Shown: positions 1 through 10,530, counted from the first letter of the stretch. The stretch: 64,000 nt of DNA from an uncultured Candidatus Rokubacteria bacterium (GCA_963754315.1 CAVWFS010000020.1:1-64000), one strand, 5' to 3'. Notes: a model not told the origin generated them from the sequence alone. Numbers and translations are program-made.

Positions 1-148
1 GTGCGCTGGCGGGCTCGGGAAGCGGACAGCTCGGCTCGGGGGCGGCGCCCTCACAGGAAGCTGACGCGCTCGTCGGAGCCCCGAGACCGAGCGCAGTGGC
101 GCTCGCAGCCAGCGTGAGAAACCTGCGGCGAGTGACCCTCGGTGTCAT
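1..148 (-). CDS. 5' part of a Tat-signal exported protein (runs off the window edge)
   Basis: ATG at 148 after a GGGGGGAG Shine-Dalgarno (SD); reads MTPRVTRRRFLTLAASATALGLGAPTSASA (twin-arginine motif, hydrophobic stretch, AxA). Not in the ORF track. Confidence 0.7.
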   Translation of the reverse strand, partial: MTPRVTRRRFLTLAASATALGLGAPTSASASCEGAAPEPSCPLPEPASA

Positions 149-293
149 CGCTCCCCCCTCGGCGCGCCAGAGAGCATACGCGAAATCGCCGCTTCATGCT
201 GGAAGTATTGCGGTCAACCCTCGATGAGCGGCTGCCGGTTCCCAGCGCTGCCTATCCTTCCCGGTGGCCCTCAGCCGCGCGCGGCGGGTGCCG

Positions 294-1844
294 TCAGGTG
301 CCGCAGAAGGTGCGATAGACGCGCTGCTCGGGGCCGGGCGGCTCGGCGTAGGCGGCAAACGCCGGCTGGTCCTCGTAGGGCCTCGAGAGCACGAGGAGCA
401 GCTCCTCAAACGGTCCGTAGTCGTTGTGCTCGATGGCCGCGGCCAGCGCCGCCTCGACCCGGTGGTTGCGCGGGACGAAGGCGGGGTTGACCTGCCGCAT
501 CAAGGCCGCATGCTCCTGAGGCGTCTGCGGTTCGTCGGCGAGGCGCTCGTGCCAGCGCTGCGCCCATTCGTCCCATGCCTCGGGCGCGTCGAACAGCTCG
601 CGCACCTCCGCGCCGCCGTCGGCCGTCTCTGCCGCGGTGCACATGCGCCGGAAGGTCAGGGTGAAGTCGGCGTGGTTGGCAGCCATCGTGTCGAGCAGGG
701 CCTGACCCAGTGCGGCGTCGCGCTCCTGCTCGGTGAACAGGCCGAGCTTTCGCCGCAGGCCGGCGACGAACGCCCGGGAGAACGCGGCCGGGTACGTGCC
801 GATCACCTCGTTGGCAATGGCCACAGCGCGCTCGCCGTCGTCGGCCAGCAGCGGCAGGATCGCTTCCGCCAGCCGCGCGACATTCCAGGCCGCGATGGGC
901 GGCTGATTGGCATAGGCGTAGCGGCCGCGATGGTCGATGGAGCTGAACACCGTCGCCGGATCGTAGGTGTCCATGAAGGCGCAAGGCCCGTAGTCAATGG
1001 TCTCGCCGGAGATCGCGGTGTTGTCGGTGTTCATCACGCCGTGGATGAACCCCACCAGCAGCCATTGCGCCACCAGGCTGGCCTGGCGCGCGACCACTCC
1101 CTCGAGGAAGGCGCGATAGGGCTCGGCGCCGCTCGCCGCACCGGGGTCGTGACGTGCGATCGCGTGGTCGGCGAGCAGCCGCAGGGCCTCGAGATCGCCC
1201 CGCGCCGCGAAGAACTGGAACGTGCCGACACGGAGGTGGCTGGAGGCAATGCGGGTCAGGACCGCACCAGGCAGCGCCGTCTCGCGATACACCTTTTCGC
1301 CGGTCGTCACGACCGCGAGCGAGCGCGTGGTGGGAATCCCCAGGGCCGCCATCGCCTCGCTCACGATGTATTCCCGCAGCACCGGCCCGAGTGCGGCACG
1401 CCCATCGCCGTTGCGTGAGAACGGCGTGATGCCAGAGCCCTTGAGCTGGATGTCGCGGCGCCGGCCTGCGCGATCCACCACTTCGCCCAGCAGGATGGCG
1501 CGGCCATCGCCGAGTTGCGGGACGAAATGGCCGAACTGGTGGCCCGCGTAGGCAAGCGCGATCGGCTCGGAGCCCGGAGCGAAGCGGTTGCCGGCGAGGA
1601 TCTCCACACCCTCGGGCGAGGCGAGCGCGTCCGGGTCGAGTCCGAGTTCCGTGGCCAGCCCGCGGTTGATCTTCACCAGCCTCGGCTCGGCAACCGGCGT
1701 CGGGGCGAGGCGCGCGTAGAAGCGTTCGGGCAGGCGGGCATAGGAGTTGTCGAACGCGAAACGAGGTGCCGGAGAGTCTTGGGCCTCCGTCACCGTCGCC
1801 GCCGCGTTCTCGGGGGCCGGACTATCGAGGATTCGCGCCATCAC
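294..1844 (-). CDS. selO: Protein adenylyltransferase SelO/YdiU family
   Basis: [51 protein letters not shown]-terminal TFCGT. Confidence 0.95.
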   Translation of the reverse strand: MMARILDSPAPENAAATVTEAQDSPAPRFAFDNSYARLPERFYARLAPTPVAEPRLVKINRGLATELGLDPDALASPEGVEILAGNRFAPGSEPIALAYAGHQFGHFVPQLGDGRAILLGEVVDRAGRRRDIQLKGSGITPFSRNGDGRAALGPVLREYIVSEAMAALGIPTTRSLAVVTTGEKVYRETALPGAVLTRIASSHLRVGTFQFFAARGDLEALRLLADHAIARHDPGAASGAEPYRAFLEGVVARQASLVAQWLLVGFIHGVMNTDNTAISGETIDYGPCAFMDTYDPATVFSSIDHRGRYAYANQPPIAAWNVARLAEAILPLLADDGERAVAIANEVIGTYPAAFSRAFVAGLRRKLGLFTEQERDAALGQALLDTMAANHADFTLTFRRMCTAAETADGGAEVRELFDAPEAWDEWAQRWHERLADEPQTPQEHAALMRQVNPAFVPRNHRVEAALAAAIEHNDYGPFEELLLVLSRPYEDQPAFAAYAEPPGPEQRVYRTFCGT

Positions 1845-1959
1845 GTGAGCCTCTCATCTCTGCGCATAGGGAACGGTACCACCATCTCGTCACCCACGTA
1901 CGGGTAGCCCTTGCCCGCGGCCGGGTGCTTCGATCAAGCGCGAGAACCGCAGGTCGCGG

Positions 1960-3018
1960 TTAGCCGCTGAGAGGTACCGCCAGCACCGCGGCGGGCCGCG
2001 GTCCGACCGTGTAGATTTCCAGCGGGGTCAACGCGCCGGTCTCGTCGTTGACCCGGTACGAGGCCAGGCGTCCGGACGCCGTCCCCGCTGCGAACAGGAA
2101 ACTCCCGGTCGGATCGAGGCCGAAGGCGGTGGGGACCGGCTCGGTCGGCGCGTGCCCGGCCCGTGTCAGGCGGCCGGTCGCCGAATCGACCGCGAACCCC
2201 GCGATGCTGTTGTGGCCTCGGTTGCCGACGTAGAGGAACCGCGCCGACGGCGTCAGGTAGATCTGCGAACAGGTATTGCGCACGGTGACTCCCTCGGGCA
2301 GCGAGGGGGTCGTTTCCACGACGGAGAGGGTTCCCGCGGTGCGGTCCAGGCGGTAGGCCGTGACGCTGCACCCTTGCTCATCGGAGAAATAGGCGATGTC
2401 GAGCCTGGGATGGAAGCAATAGTGCCGCGGCCCGATGCGCTCACTCGGCTCGAGCTTGAATGGCGCGTTGGGGCTCAGCCGGCCACTGGCCGGATCGAAC
2501 CGGAACTGCGCGATGAAATTGGGGCCGGGGATGTCTTTCGGCGGCTCCAGGACGTTGTCGTTCTGTCGAGCGATGTGCGGCACGAAGGCGAAGCGGTTCG
2601 ACGGGTCGGTCAGGATCGCGTGCGCTCCCGGCGCGGTGTCCTGCCGGTCGAGCGCCGGCCCGCGAACCGCACCATCTGTTCCGAGCGCGTGCACTGCCGC
2701 GTAGCCGCCCTGGTAGTAGGCCGAAAGGAGGAATCTGCCAGCGCGGTCGGTGGCGAGATACGTCGGCGGATGCTCGGTCGCGAGGCGCCCTAGCGATGTC
2801 AGCGCGCCGCTGGCCGAGTCGATGCGCCAGCTCTCGATCGCCGGGGTCCCGCGATACCCGACATACAGGATGTGCCGGTCCGGGCTCACCGCGAAGACCG
2901 ACGGCGCGCCGGCGGCCGGCGTGTCGGCCCTGGGCGCCAGCTTGCCGGTGCCGGCGTCGATTCCGAAGCTCAGGATCTTATCGGCGTCCTGCAGGCCAAC
3001 ATACAGCACGTCCGGCAT
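1960..3018 (-). CDS. Lactonase family beta-propeller (6-phosphogluconolactonase-like)
   Basis: GPRHYCFHP, FLYVGNRGHNSIAGF motifs; ATG at 3018 preceded by AGGAGG. Confidence 0.88.
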   Translation of the reverse strand: MPDVLYVGLQDADKILSFGIDAGTGKLAPRADTPAAGAPSVFAVSPDRHILYVGYRGTPAIESWRIDSASGALTSLGRLATEHPPTYLATDRAGRFLLSAYYQGGYAAVHALGTDGAVRGPALDRQDTAPGAHAILTDPSNRFAFVPHIARQNDNVLEPPKDIPGPNFIAQFRFDPASGRLSPNAPFKLEPSERIGPRHYCFHPRLDIAYFSDEQGCSVTAYRLDRTAGTLSVVETTPSLPEGVTVRNTCSQIYLTPSARFLYVGNRGHNSIAGFAVDSATGRLTRAGHAPTEPVPTAFGLDPTGSFLFAAGTASGRLASYRVNDETGALTPLEIYTVGPRPAAVLAVPLSG

Positions 3019-3280
3019 GTCCTTCCTCCTGGTTTGTCTTTCTGGCTCGAGCACCGCCCGCTGGAGCCCCAGGTAGGCTCAGCTCCTGGGGGCTAGTGTC
3101 TGAGTAATCATGTTACGCTGACGAGGGCCACGGCCGGGGCGCCGCCCCCGGGAGGATGGCTCAAGTTGCCTGTGTCCGAGAGGGCGAGGAGGGGGGTGAC
3201 TCGTCGCGCAGCGCCGTTGATCCGGAGCCGAGTGGAGTATGCATTCTGAAACCGGCAGACTGGAACCAAAGGGGGAGAAC

Positions 3281-3814
3281 ATGAAGCGAGGAACGATGCT
3301 GAGCGTGTTCGCGGTGGTCTGGGCTCTTGCCCTGCCCAGTTGGGCGCAGGTCAGAGAGCTCCCGACACAGACCGTCACCATTGCGGGCACCATAGAGACG
3401 ATCGATCAGAGCAAGCGCGCCATGAACATCAAGACGGCCGACGGCAAGATGGTCGGCGTCAACGTGCCCGAGAGCGTCAAGCGCTTCCCCGAGTTCAAGG
3501 TGGGAGACAAGATCAAGGCGACGTATAACAACCACGTCCTCGTGCGCCTGAAGCCGCCGGGTGAGGCGGCGGTCGATACCGCTAGCACGGCCACCATCAA
3601 GGGGGAGACCAGCGGCACGAAGGCGATGGTGCGGACGATGACGGCGGAGATCACCGAGATCGACAAGAAGGCATCGTCGATCACGTTTGTCGGGCCGAAC
3701 GGGTGGAAATACAGCCGACGGGTCGTCGATCCGACCGTGTTCGATCAGGTCAAGGTGGGCGACAAGGTTGACATCACCTGGAACACCGACCTCACGGTCT
3801 CGGTTAATAAGTAA
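3281..3814 (+). CDS. Secreted hypothetical protein with two tandem small beta-barrel (OB/CusF-like) repeats
   Basis: Signal peptide MKRGTMLSVFAVVWALALPSWA; two repeats ending FKVGDKIKATY and VKVGDKVDITW; GGGGAG SD. Confidence 0.75.
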   Translation: MKRGTMLSVFAVVWALALPSWAQVRELPTQTVTIAGTIETIDQSKRAMNIKTADGKMVGVNVPESVKRFPEFKVGDKIKATYNNHVLVRLKPPGEAAVDTASTATIKGETSGTKAMVRTMTAEITEIDKKASSITFVGPNGWKYSRRVVDPTVFDQVKVGDKVDITWNTDLTVSVNK

Positions 3815-3894
3815 GCCGGGGGGGACGAGCGCGCGGTGGGGGCGAGCCGCGTACGCCGCAACACGATAAGGACGACGAAGTACCCAACACAATA

Positions 3895-3955
3895 CGGAGA
3901 GCGGCGCGACGCTGGCAGATCAACTTCACGTTGATCGCCAGCGGCGCCTACTCCG
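3895..3955. terminator. Long imperfect hairpin between convergent genes
   Basis: cgctggc(a)gatcaac-ttcac-gttgatcgccagcg core at 3910-3943, extended by ggcgc/gcgcc and cggag/ctccg. Confidence 0.55.
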
Positions 3956-3965
3956 CTCCCGCGGC

Positions 3966-4913
3966 TCAGACCTTCGTCCAGGTGCTGTCCGGATTGAATT
4001 CCTTCATGGCCCGCGCGATGGCCGCGCCGTTCGGCCCGAGGTTCTTCTGGTACACGACGCCATCGTGATTGACGATGAATGTCATGATCCCCGACACGCC
4101 GTACTGCGCGGGATAGGCCACCAGCGCAAAGCCGCCGATCAGGCGACCGTGGGCGAGGTAGTCGTACGCTCCACCCGGAGCGTCCTTGCCCTGCGCGGTC
4201 AGGATCCGGTAGTAGTAGCCCCAGTACGCGACGGGATTCGGCGAGCGCTTGGAATAGCCCTCGCCCCTCGCCCTGGCGACGAGCAGACCGAGCGGACTCG
4301 GCGGCTCGCCCTGCTTCGTCGGCCAGTACAGCCCGTCCCGCTTCCCTGGGCTGCTTGCGAACGTCCGCGCGTACTGGAGGAGGCCGTTGGCGTCCGGGTC
4401 GCGCGCGTAGTATTCGCGCTGGGCATCCACGTAGGCACGGCTGACCTGGATTGTGTTGAGCTCGTTCTGGCCGATGCGCCGGTTGAGAATCTCCTCCTTG
4501 CCTTCGGCAGTGTCGAAACGCCAGCTCGGCCCGTCCGGTACGATGGGAATCGCGAACGGGAAGTTCTCGCGCCCCACGACCAGGACCAGCTTGCCTCCGC
4601 CTGCGTCGAGCCGATGCTGCTCGTCGTACGCGGCCACGAAGCGCTCACTGATCCGGCGGTCCGCCACCGGGTCGCCGGACTGGATGAGCGCCTTGCCCTC
4701 CTCGCCGAGAATCGCCAGCAGTGCCTTGCTGTCCCCGGTCCGGAGCGCCGCCACCAGCGCACTCGTCGCGTCTTCGGGCGACGCGAAGTGGCGCTGCGCC
4801 GTGGCGCCCGAGGCGGGCAGCCCCCATGCGGCGGCGAGGCTCACGGCCACGAAAGCGGAGGCAATCAGCCATCGCCCGATGCGTCGAATCCGGTCACTTC
4901 CGCGCAGGCTCAT
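3966..4913 (-). CDS. DUF2950 family protein
   Basis: FASPEDA, GKEEILNRRIGQNEL, YVDAQREY, SSPGKRDGLYW, YGVSGIMTFIVNHDGVVYQKNLG; lies downstream of DUF3300 as is typical. Confidence 0.9.
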   Translation of the reverse strand: MSLRGSDRIRRIGRWLIASAFVAVSLAAAWGLPASGATAQRHFASPEDATSALVAALRTGDSKALLAILGEEGKALIQSGDPVADRRISERFVAAYDEQHRLDAGGGKLVLVVGRENFPFAIPIVPDGPSWRFDTAEGKEEILNRRIGQNELNTIQVSRAYVDAQREYYARDPDANGLLQYARTFASSPGKRDGLYWPTKQGEPPSPLGLLVARARGEGYSKRSPNPVAYWGYYYRILTAQGKDAPGGAYDYLAHGRLIGGFALVAYPAQYGVSGIMTFIVNHDGVVYQKNLGPNGAAIARAMKEFNPDSTWTKV

Positions 4914-4938
4914 GATCGATTCCTCCTCGCGACCCGAT

Positions 4939-6425
4939 TCACCGGCGACCTCGGCCGCCGCCGCCACCACCTCGCCCCCCGCCGCCACCTCGCCCGCCGC
5001 CGCCACCGCTAACCCCGCCTCCTCCGCCGCCGCGCCCGCCGCCACTGATCCCAGACGCGCCAGCGGATCGGGCGCCACCTCCGCCACCACCGGCACCGAG
5101 GCTCTCGCGACTGCTCTGGCCCCGACCACTCGCGCCCCTCACGTCGCTCCCGGATCCCATTCCCTGAAACGCGCCGGCGTCGCGTCCTCCGGACGGCCCC
5201 TGACCCCCGCCGAGCCCGTCGCGTCCTCCGGACGGCCCCTGACCCCCGCCGAGCCCGTCGCGTCCTCCGGACGGCCCCTGACCCCCGCCGGCCCTCCTCC
5301 TCCGGACGGCCCCTGACCTCCCGCCGAGCCCGTCGCGCTGCCGGAGGAGCCGGCGCCCCCGCGCCCGATGTCTTGACGGCCTTGGTCGGCGCGCCCTCGA
5401 AACTCCTCGCGGGACTGCGTCGCCCGGGCGTCGGACGCGCGGTTGTAGCGCTGCTGCGTCGCCTGGTCGCGATACTGAACGCCGCGGCGATTCTCCGGGT
5501 TGTGTTGCCACTGCGACCGATTGCCGGACTGCCGTTGCTGTACCCGCGCGCTGCGCTCACTCGCGACTTCAGATCGGTTCACGTTCCTCGAGAAGTTCGT
5601 GTTCCGGTTGACATCGACGTCCACGTTGCCGCCGCCCCAGTTGCAATTGCCCCACACGGCAGCGCCGACCGCCATGCCCACGCCGAAGGACAACGCGGCG
5701 GCACCCCATGCGTAACCCGGCGGGTACGGGTAGTACGGCGGAGACGCCGGGTACGGCCATGCGCCGTAGACGACCGTGGGATTGTAGGAGGGCACGTACA
5801 CCACGGTTGGACTGGCCGGCTCGATCGTGATCACGCTGGTCGATTGCTGGACCACGGGCGGCTGCCCGGACTGTGCGGGTGCCGGCGGCGCTGCGGGCTG
5901 GACCGTCACCGTCTGCTCCTTCGTGGTCTTAAGATTTCCCTCGGCCTGGGCGCGGGCGCGCAAGCGCTGGATGGCGTCCAGCAACTCCTTCTCCTGGGCC
6001 AGGAACGCATCGCCGAGCTTCTGGGTCCACTCGAGCTTCTGGTCCATCAACTGGAGGGCTTGGGGAAAGGAGACGAGCGACTTGACGCTGTCGTCCCAGG
6101 TCTGCTCCTTGAGCTTCTCGTTGAGCTGATCGCCTTGGAGCTTGGGATTGTCCTTGACGAATCTCGCCGCCTGAACGACCTCGAGCGGGTACGTCGAGGC
6201 CATCAGGACCTGCGCCAGGAGCGGGTCTGGATAGAGCGCGATTGGCGCCGCCACCTGTTCGAGCTGTTCGGGGGTGAAGGCCGGGCCCGCAGTTCCGCTC
6301 GGTTGAGCGGTTGCTGGCGCGGCCGTCGCCGGCGGGGTGGTCGCCGACTGAGCCGTCGCCGGGAGCGGGCTCGCCAGCGCCAGCGCGAGCAGCCATGCGA
6401 GGAGCCTGGTTCGTCGCGTCATCAC
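4939..6425 (-). CDS. DUF3300 domain protein with Gly/Arg-rich tail; frameshift(s) near 5290-5345
   Basis: LEQVAAPIALYPDPLLAQVLMASTYPLEVVQA and WTQKLGDAFLAQ in the 5139-6425 frame; the Gly-rich tail ending GGGRGRR is in the frame ending at 4939. Confidence 0.85.
5178..5337. repeat. Coding 39-bp tandem repeat, about 4 copies, last two degenerate
   Basis: Unit cgtcgcgtcctccggacggcccctgacccccgccgagcc at 5178, 5217, 5256; encodes GLGGGQGPSGGRD. Confidence 0.9.
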
Positions 6426-6511
6426 GGGTTGATCCTCCCCTCGGTACTTACAGTCGCCCGACCATCAGTGCAACAGCCCACAACCCCCACCCGGTCAGCA
6501 GGATTTAGAGG

Positions 6512-6700
6512 AGCCGGCGGGTGGTCGGCTGGGCCATGGCGCGCACCTGCGGACGGAACCAAGGCTACCAGTACACCTCGATCGCCTACGGGCAACGCTG
6601 CCGCGACTTCGGCGTTCGCCCCCTCGATGGGGTCGGTCGGGGACGCGCGTACGACAATGCCCTGTGGGGCAGCTTCTTCGCGACCTTGGAGTGCGAGCTG
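6512..6700 (+). mobile_element. Degenerate IS3-family transposase (integrase core) remnant
   Basis: Reads SRRVVGWAMA...NQGYQYTSIAYGQRCRDFGVRP(SMGSVGDA)YDNALWGSFFATLECEL across frames; classic IS3 DDE-core segments with internal deletion and frameshifts. Confidence 0.8.
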
Positions 6701-6875
6701 CAGAGCGCGGCGGTGTCGGTTCCGGCCCCGGAGCACGGACGGCACACGGGCGACAGAACTCCATGCCAGAGGGTCACTTCCTTCCCGTACGAGCATTCTA
6801 CACCGGCCGTGGGTGGGAGGTGATCCGATGCGGTCGTCCTTCGCCAAAGCCTGGCAGGGGCGTACGTGGTCTATG

Positions 6876-7667
6876 TCATCCGATCCCCGCTGCTCGCGCG
6901 ATCAGAAACAGCCCTGCCCCGATCGCGACGCCCCCGGTGGCTCGCGCCACGCGCTCACCGGCCGGTGCAAGACGTTCGACGGTGATGGCTGCCGCCACCA
7001 CAGCCATCGCGCGAAGGTCCATGACCCCGATGACCATGAGGATCGCCATCGGACCCGCACAGCAGTAGCTGCAGTGAAGGCCGAGGCGCAGGCCGTATCG
7101 CCAGGCCGTGCCGGCGTCGGCCGGCAGCGTACGGCCGCGCCCGGGCGCCTCCCGGCAGCAGGCAAGATGACGCGCCTTCCACGGGGTGAGCTGCAGGGAG
7201 CCGCCGATCAAGACGGCCACACCGACCGCGATAGGGACGGCGAGCGCCAACTCCGGCTGCTGCATCGCGATCGCCGCCAGCGCGGCGCCCAGTGGAAAGG
7301 CGGCCATTCCGAATACAGTCCAGACGAGGAAGTATCCCAAGCCCACGAGCGCGGTCAGCCGACCGAGGTGCGTCTTGCCTGTCCGACCAACGGCCTGGCG
7401 GTAGCGCCACAGCATGGGGACCAGGGACGGCAGCATCATTGCCACCATCATCACGACCCACATGCAAAGGAACGACGCCGCCGCGCCGGGCCACGTCTGT
7501 TCGGGCATCCGCATCCACGCCATCGACATGGTCCAGCCGCCGGGCATCGGCATCTCGCCCATCGCCGACATGGACGCGCACCAGACGATCGTGACCGCCG
7601 CGCTGGCCGCGAAGAGCAGCACTGAGACGCCAAGAAACGCTTGCCGGGAAGCTTGCTCCGAAAGCAT
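6876..7667 (-). CDS. DUF2182 family predicted metal-binding integral membrane protein
   Basis: Met-rich N-terminus, FLCMWVVMMVAMMLPS, QLTPWKARHLACCR, GLHCSYCC, GVMDLRAM. Confidence 0.9.
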   Translation of the reverse strand: MLSEQASRQAFLGVSVLLFAASAAVTIVWCASMSAMGEMPMPGGWTMSMAWMRMPEQTWPGAAASFLCMWVVMMVAMMLPSLVPMLWRYRQAVGRTGKTHLGRLTALVGLGYFLVWTVFGMAAFPLGAALAAIAMQQPELALAVPIAVGVAVLIGGSLQLTPWKARHLACCREAPGRGRTLPADAGTAWRYGLRLGLHCSYCCAGPMAILMVIGVMDLRAMAVVAAAITVERLAPAGERVARATGGVAIGAGLFLIARAAGIG

Positions 7668-7678
7668 GACGCCTTCGC

Positions 7679-8458
7679 TCAGCCCTTGTTGTACTCGTCA
7701 CGGCGGCGCCACCAGACGCCGGCCTCGTTGCGGCCCTTGGGTGCCCGGTCGAGCCACTGATACATGCCCCATAGGCCGTCAAGTCCGCGCGCATACGTCG
7801 AATAGGTGTGGTAGACGACGCCGTCTTCGCGCGCGAACGCGCTCATGCCCGGCCTCTCACGCGTGTACGTGGCCACATCGGTTCCGGTCATGGCCGCGAT
7901 CTCGGCGACAGGCCCCTCGTCGCCGGCCTTCCGGACCAGTGCGTTCACCTGCCACGCCGCCTCGCGGCGGTAGTTGTACTCGATACCCCCCGCGCGCTGT
8001 TGCTCCTCGGTGAACCGGACGTTGAAGTCGAAGTTGAAGTCGCTGGTAAGAGAGGACGCCCAGGGAAACGACCACCCCATCCGCCGCTTGTACGCCTGCA
8101 GCTTCGCGAGCGGCGCCCGCGACACCGCGACCAGGGTGACGTCGTGGTTCGCCAGGTGGACGACGAAGCCGTTGAACCCGTCCGCGATCGCCGAGCAGGA
8201 CGGGCATCCCGCCGTGTAGTCGGGCCCGAACATGAAATGGTAGACGAGAAGCTGCGAGCGCCCTCGGAAGAGGTCGGCCAGCGAGGCGCTCCCCTCCTCG
8301 GTCTCGAATCGATACTCCTTGTCGATCCGTACCCACGGCAGCTCCTGCCGCCGCCGCGCCAGCTCGTCGCTGCGCCGCGTCAGCTCCTTCTCAGCCTCGA
8401 GCAGCTCGAGCCTCGCTGCGAGCCATTCGTTACGTGTCCCCGTCATGTGCTTCGTCAT
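7679..8458 (-). CDS. DUF899 family thioredoxin-like protein
   Basis: WLAARLELLEAEKELTR, LFRGRSQLLVYHFMFGP, GCPSCS, HTYSTYARGLD, LDRAPKGRNE. Confidence 0.92.
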   Translation of the reverse strand: MTKHMTGTRNEWLAARLELLEAEKELTRRSDELARRRQELPWVRIDKEYRFETEEGSASLADLFRGRSQLLVYHFMFGPDYTAGCPSCSAIADGFNGFVVHLANHDVTLVAVSRAPLAKLQAYKRRMGWSFPWASSLTSDFNFDFNVRFTEEQQRAGGIEYNYRREAAWQVNALVRKAGDEGPVAEIAAMTGTDVATYTRERPGMSAFAREDGVVYHTYSTYARGLDGLWGMYQWLDRAPKGRNEAGVWWRRRDEYNKG

Positions 8459-8646
8459 CGCTCTTCTCTCCTTCCTTCGGGTGTCCTTCATCGTTCGTTC
8501 CCGTCAGTCACACGTTCGCTCGACGTCGCGACCTCCTTCTGCCTCGCCACCGCGCTTCTCAATGCGGCTTGGCGGTGGTCGCTCATGAAGATAGATTTAG
8601 CGCTGAATATCGGAACGGTGGGAGTGACAAGTGTGACGGGATTCCG

Positions 8647-9867
8647 ATGGACTCGCTGATCACTGCCGCGGCGCGTGCCCTCGCGGCGGGCGATCCCCTC
8701 GGCGCATTAAAGCGGGTCGCCCTGCGCGACGACGCGCCGGCTCTCGCGCTTCGAGGCATCGCGATGGCGCAGCTTGGCGATCTCGTTCGAGCGAAGGCCC
8801 TCCTGCGTCGTGCTGCGCGTGCCTTCGGTCCGAAAGAGGCCGTAGCTCGCGCGAGGTGCGCCGTCGCCGAAGCCGAGGTCGCCCTGGTCTCGCGCGACCT
8901 GGGTTGGCCTGCGAAGACGCTCGACGCGGCGCGGGCGACGCTCGAAGAGCACGGCGACCGGGTCAACGTCGCGTACGCGCGGTATCTCGAGGTCCGTCGC
9001 CTCCTCCTGATCGGGCGCATCGACGAGGCCGAGCGCACGCTCGCCGAGCTCGACCCCGCGCCCTTCCCTCCCGCATTGAAGACTGCGCACGAGCTGGTCG
9101 TCGCGGGGATCGCGATGCGGCGACTCCGGGCGAAGGCGGCGCGCGCCGCGCTCGCTCGGGCTGAACGCGCCGCGCGCGCCGCACGTATCCCGGCCCTGAC
9201 GGCGGAGGTCGAAAGCGCCTTCCTCCTCCTGAACACGCCCGCTGCGCGGCTGATGACGAGAGGCGAGGAGCGACCTCTCTTGCTCGAGGAGGTCGAAGCG
9301 TTGCTGGCGTCGAACGCATTCGTCGTGGACGCTTGCCGTCATGTCGTACGTGACGAAAGCAAGGCGGTCTCGCTCGCCAGGCGTCCGGTGCTGTTCGCGC
9401 TCGCACGCGCGCTGGGCGAAGCGTGGCCGGGAGACGTACCGAGGGACACGCTCGTCGCGCGAGCCTTCGGGTCGAAGCGCGCCGATGAATCGCATCGCGC
9501 GCGCCTGCGAGTCGAAGTGGGCCGGCTTCGTGCGGTGCTTCGGAAGCTGGCCGACGTGAGCGCGACGAAGCGAGGGTTTACGTTGGCGCCGCGCCGCGCA
9601 CGTGAGGTCGTCGTGCTGGCGGGGCCCGTCGACGAGGAGCATGCGGCGGTGCTCGCCATCCTCGCCGACGGTGAATCGTGGTCGAGTTCGGGCCTCGCGC
9701 TTGCGCTTGGAACGAGCCAGCGCACCGTGCAGCGGGCGCTCGACTCGCTGGCCGCAGCAGGCAAGGTGCAGTCGTTCGGTCGTGGACGGGCTCGTCGTTG
9801 GATGACCCCGCCCGTAGCGGGATTCACGACGACCTTGTTACTCCCCGCTCCTCTGCCGATTGGCTAG
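8647..9867 (+). CDS. Helix-turn-helix domain protein (putative transcriptional regulator)
   Basis: MDSLITAAARALAAGDPLGAL start, helical repeat body, C-terminal HTH WSSSGLALALGTSQRTVQRAL. Confidence 0.8.
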   Translation: MDSLITAAARALAAGDPLGALKRVALRDDAPALALRGIAMAQLGDLVRAKALLRRAARAFGPKEAVARARCAVAEAEVALVSRDLGWPAKTLDAARATLEEHGDRVNVAYARYLEVRRLLLIGRIDEAERTLAELDPAPFPPALKTAHELVVAGIAMRRLRAKAARAALARAERAARAARIPALTAEVESAFLLLNTPAARLMTRGEERPLLLEEVEALLASNAFVVDACRHVVRDESKAVSLARRPVLFALARALGEAWPGDVPRDTLVARAFGSKRADESHRARLRVEVGRLRAVLRKLADVSATKRGFTLAPRRAREVVVLAGPVDEEHAAVLAILADGESWSSSGLALALGTSQRTVQRALDSLAAAGKVQSFGRGRARRWMTPPVAGFTTTLLLPAPLPIG

Positions 9868-9876
9868 GATGGAAGC

Positions 9877-10530
9877 ATGCGTCAATCAACCGCCGAGATC
9901 GTCCGTGAATATGGACCCTTTCCGGGTGTCGACACCGTGCATGGAGTCACGTATGACGGTCAGAACGTCTGGTTCGCTGCTGGCGACACGCTGAACGCCT
10001 TCGATCCTGCGAGCGGGAAGACGCTGCGCTCGATCGACGTCGCCGCGCATGCAGGAACGGCCTTCGACGGCCAGCACCTGTTTCAGCTCGCCGAGGATCG
10101 CATCCAGAAGATCGATCCGCAGACCGGCCGTGTGCTCGCCACGATCCCGGCACCCGGCGGCGGCGGCGACTCGGGGCTCACGTGGGCCGAAGGGACGCTC
10201 TGGGTGGGGCAGTATCGAGACCGGAAGATCCATCAAATTGATCCCCAAACAGGGGCGATTCTTCGCACGATCGAGTCCAACCGCTTCGTGACCGGGGTCA
10301 CCTGGATCGACGGAGAGCTCTGGCACGGCACCTGGGAAGGTGACGAGAGCGATGTGAGGCGGGTCGATCCTCGAACGGGAGAAATCCTGGAAATGCTCGA
10401 GATGCCGCCCGGAGTGGGCGTTTCGGGGCTGGAGTCCGACGGCGGCGATCGGTTCTTCTGCGGAGGAGGCCCGAGCGGGAAGGTGAGGACCGTCCGCCGG
10501 CCCAGGCGAGGCTCCGCACCGGGCACGTAG
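9877..10530 (+). CDS. Glutamine cyclotransferase-like beta-propeller protein
   Basis: Repeats GVTYDGQNVW / GTAFDGQHLF / GLTWAEGTLW / GVTWIDGELW with IDP.TG turns. Confidence 0.8.
   Translation: MRQSTAEIVREYGPFPGVDTVHGVTYDGQNVWFAAGDTLNAFDPASGKTLRSIDVAAHAGTAFDGQHLFQLAEDRIQKIDPQTGRVLATIPAPGGGGDSGLTWAEGTLWVGQYRDRKIHQIDPQTGAILRTIESNRFVTGVTWIDGELWHGTWEGDESDVRRVDPRTGEILEMLEMPPGVGVSGLESDGGDRFFCGGGPSGKVRTVRRPRRGSAPGT

Noticed and set aside
294..308. SelO terminal TGA as selenocysteine
   Set aside because: The protein ends TFCGT as bacterial homologs commonly do; the Cys already occupies the Sec-equivalent position.
3895..3955. Integron attC site
   Set aside because: Single hairpin, no integrase, no cassette array; a terminator between convergent genes is the simpler reading.
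5178..5337. CRISPR array
   Set aside because: Repeats are head-to-tail with no spacers, the unit is a multiple of 3 inside a CDS, and no cas genes are present.
5373..7625. 750-aa + strand ORF and similar long ORFs (24171-26000, 29501-31573, 41567-43114, 61783-63201)
   Set aside because: Antisense or off-frame shadows of well-supported genes in high-GC DNA; Arg/Pro-rich with no motifs.
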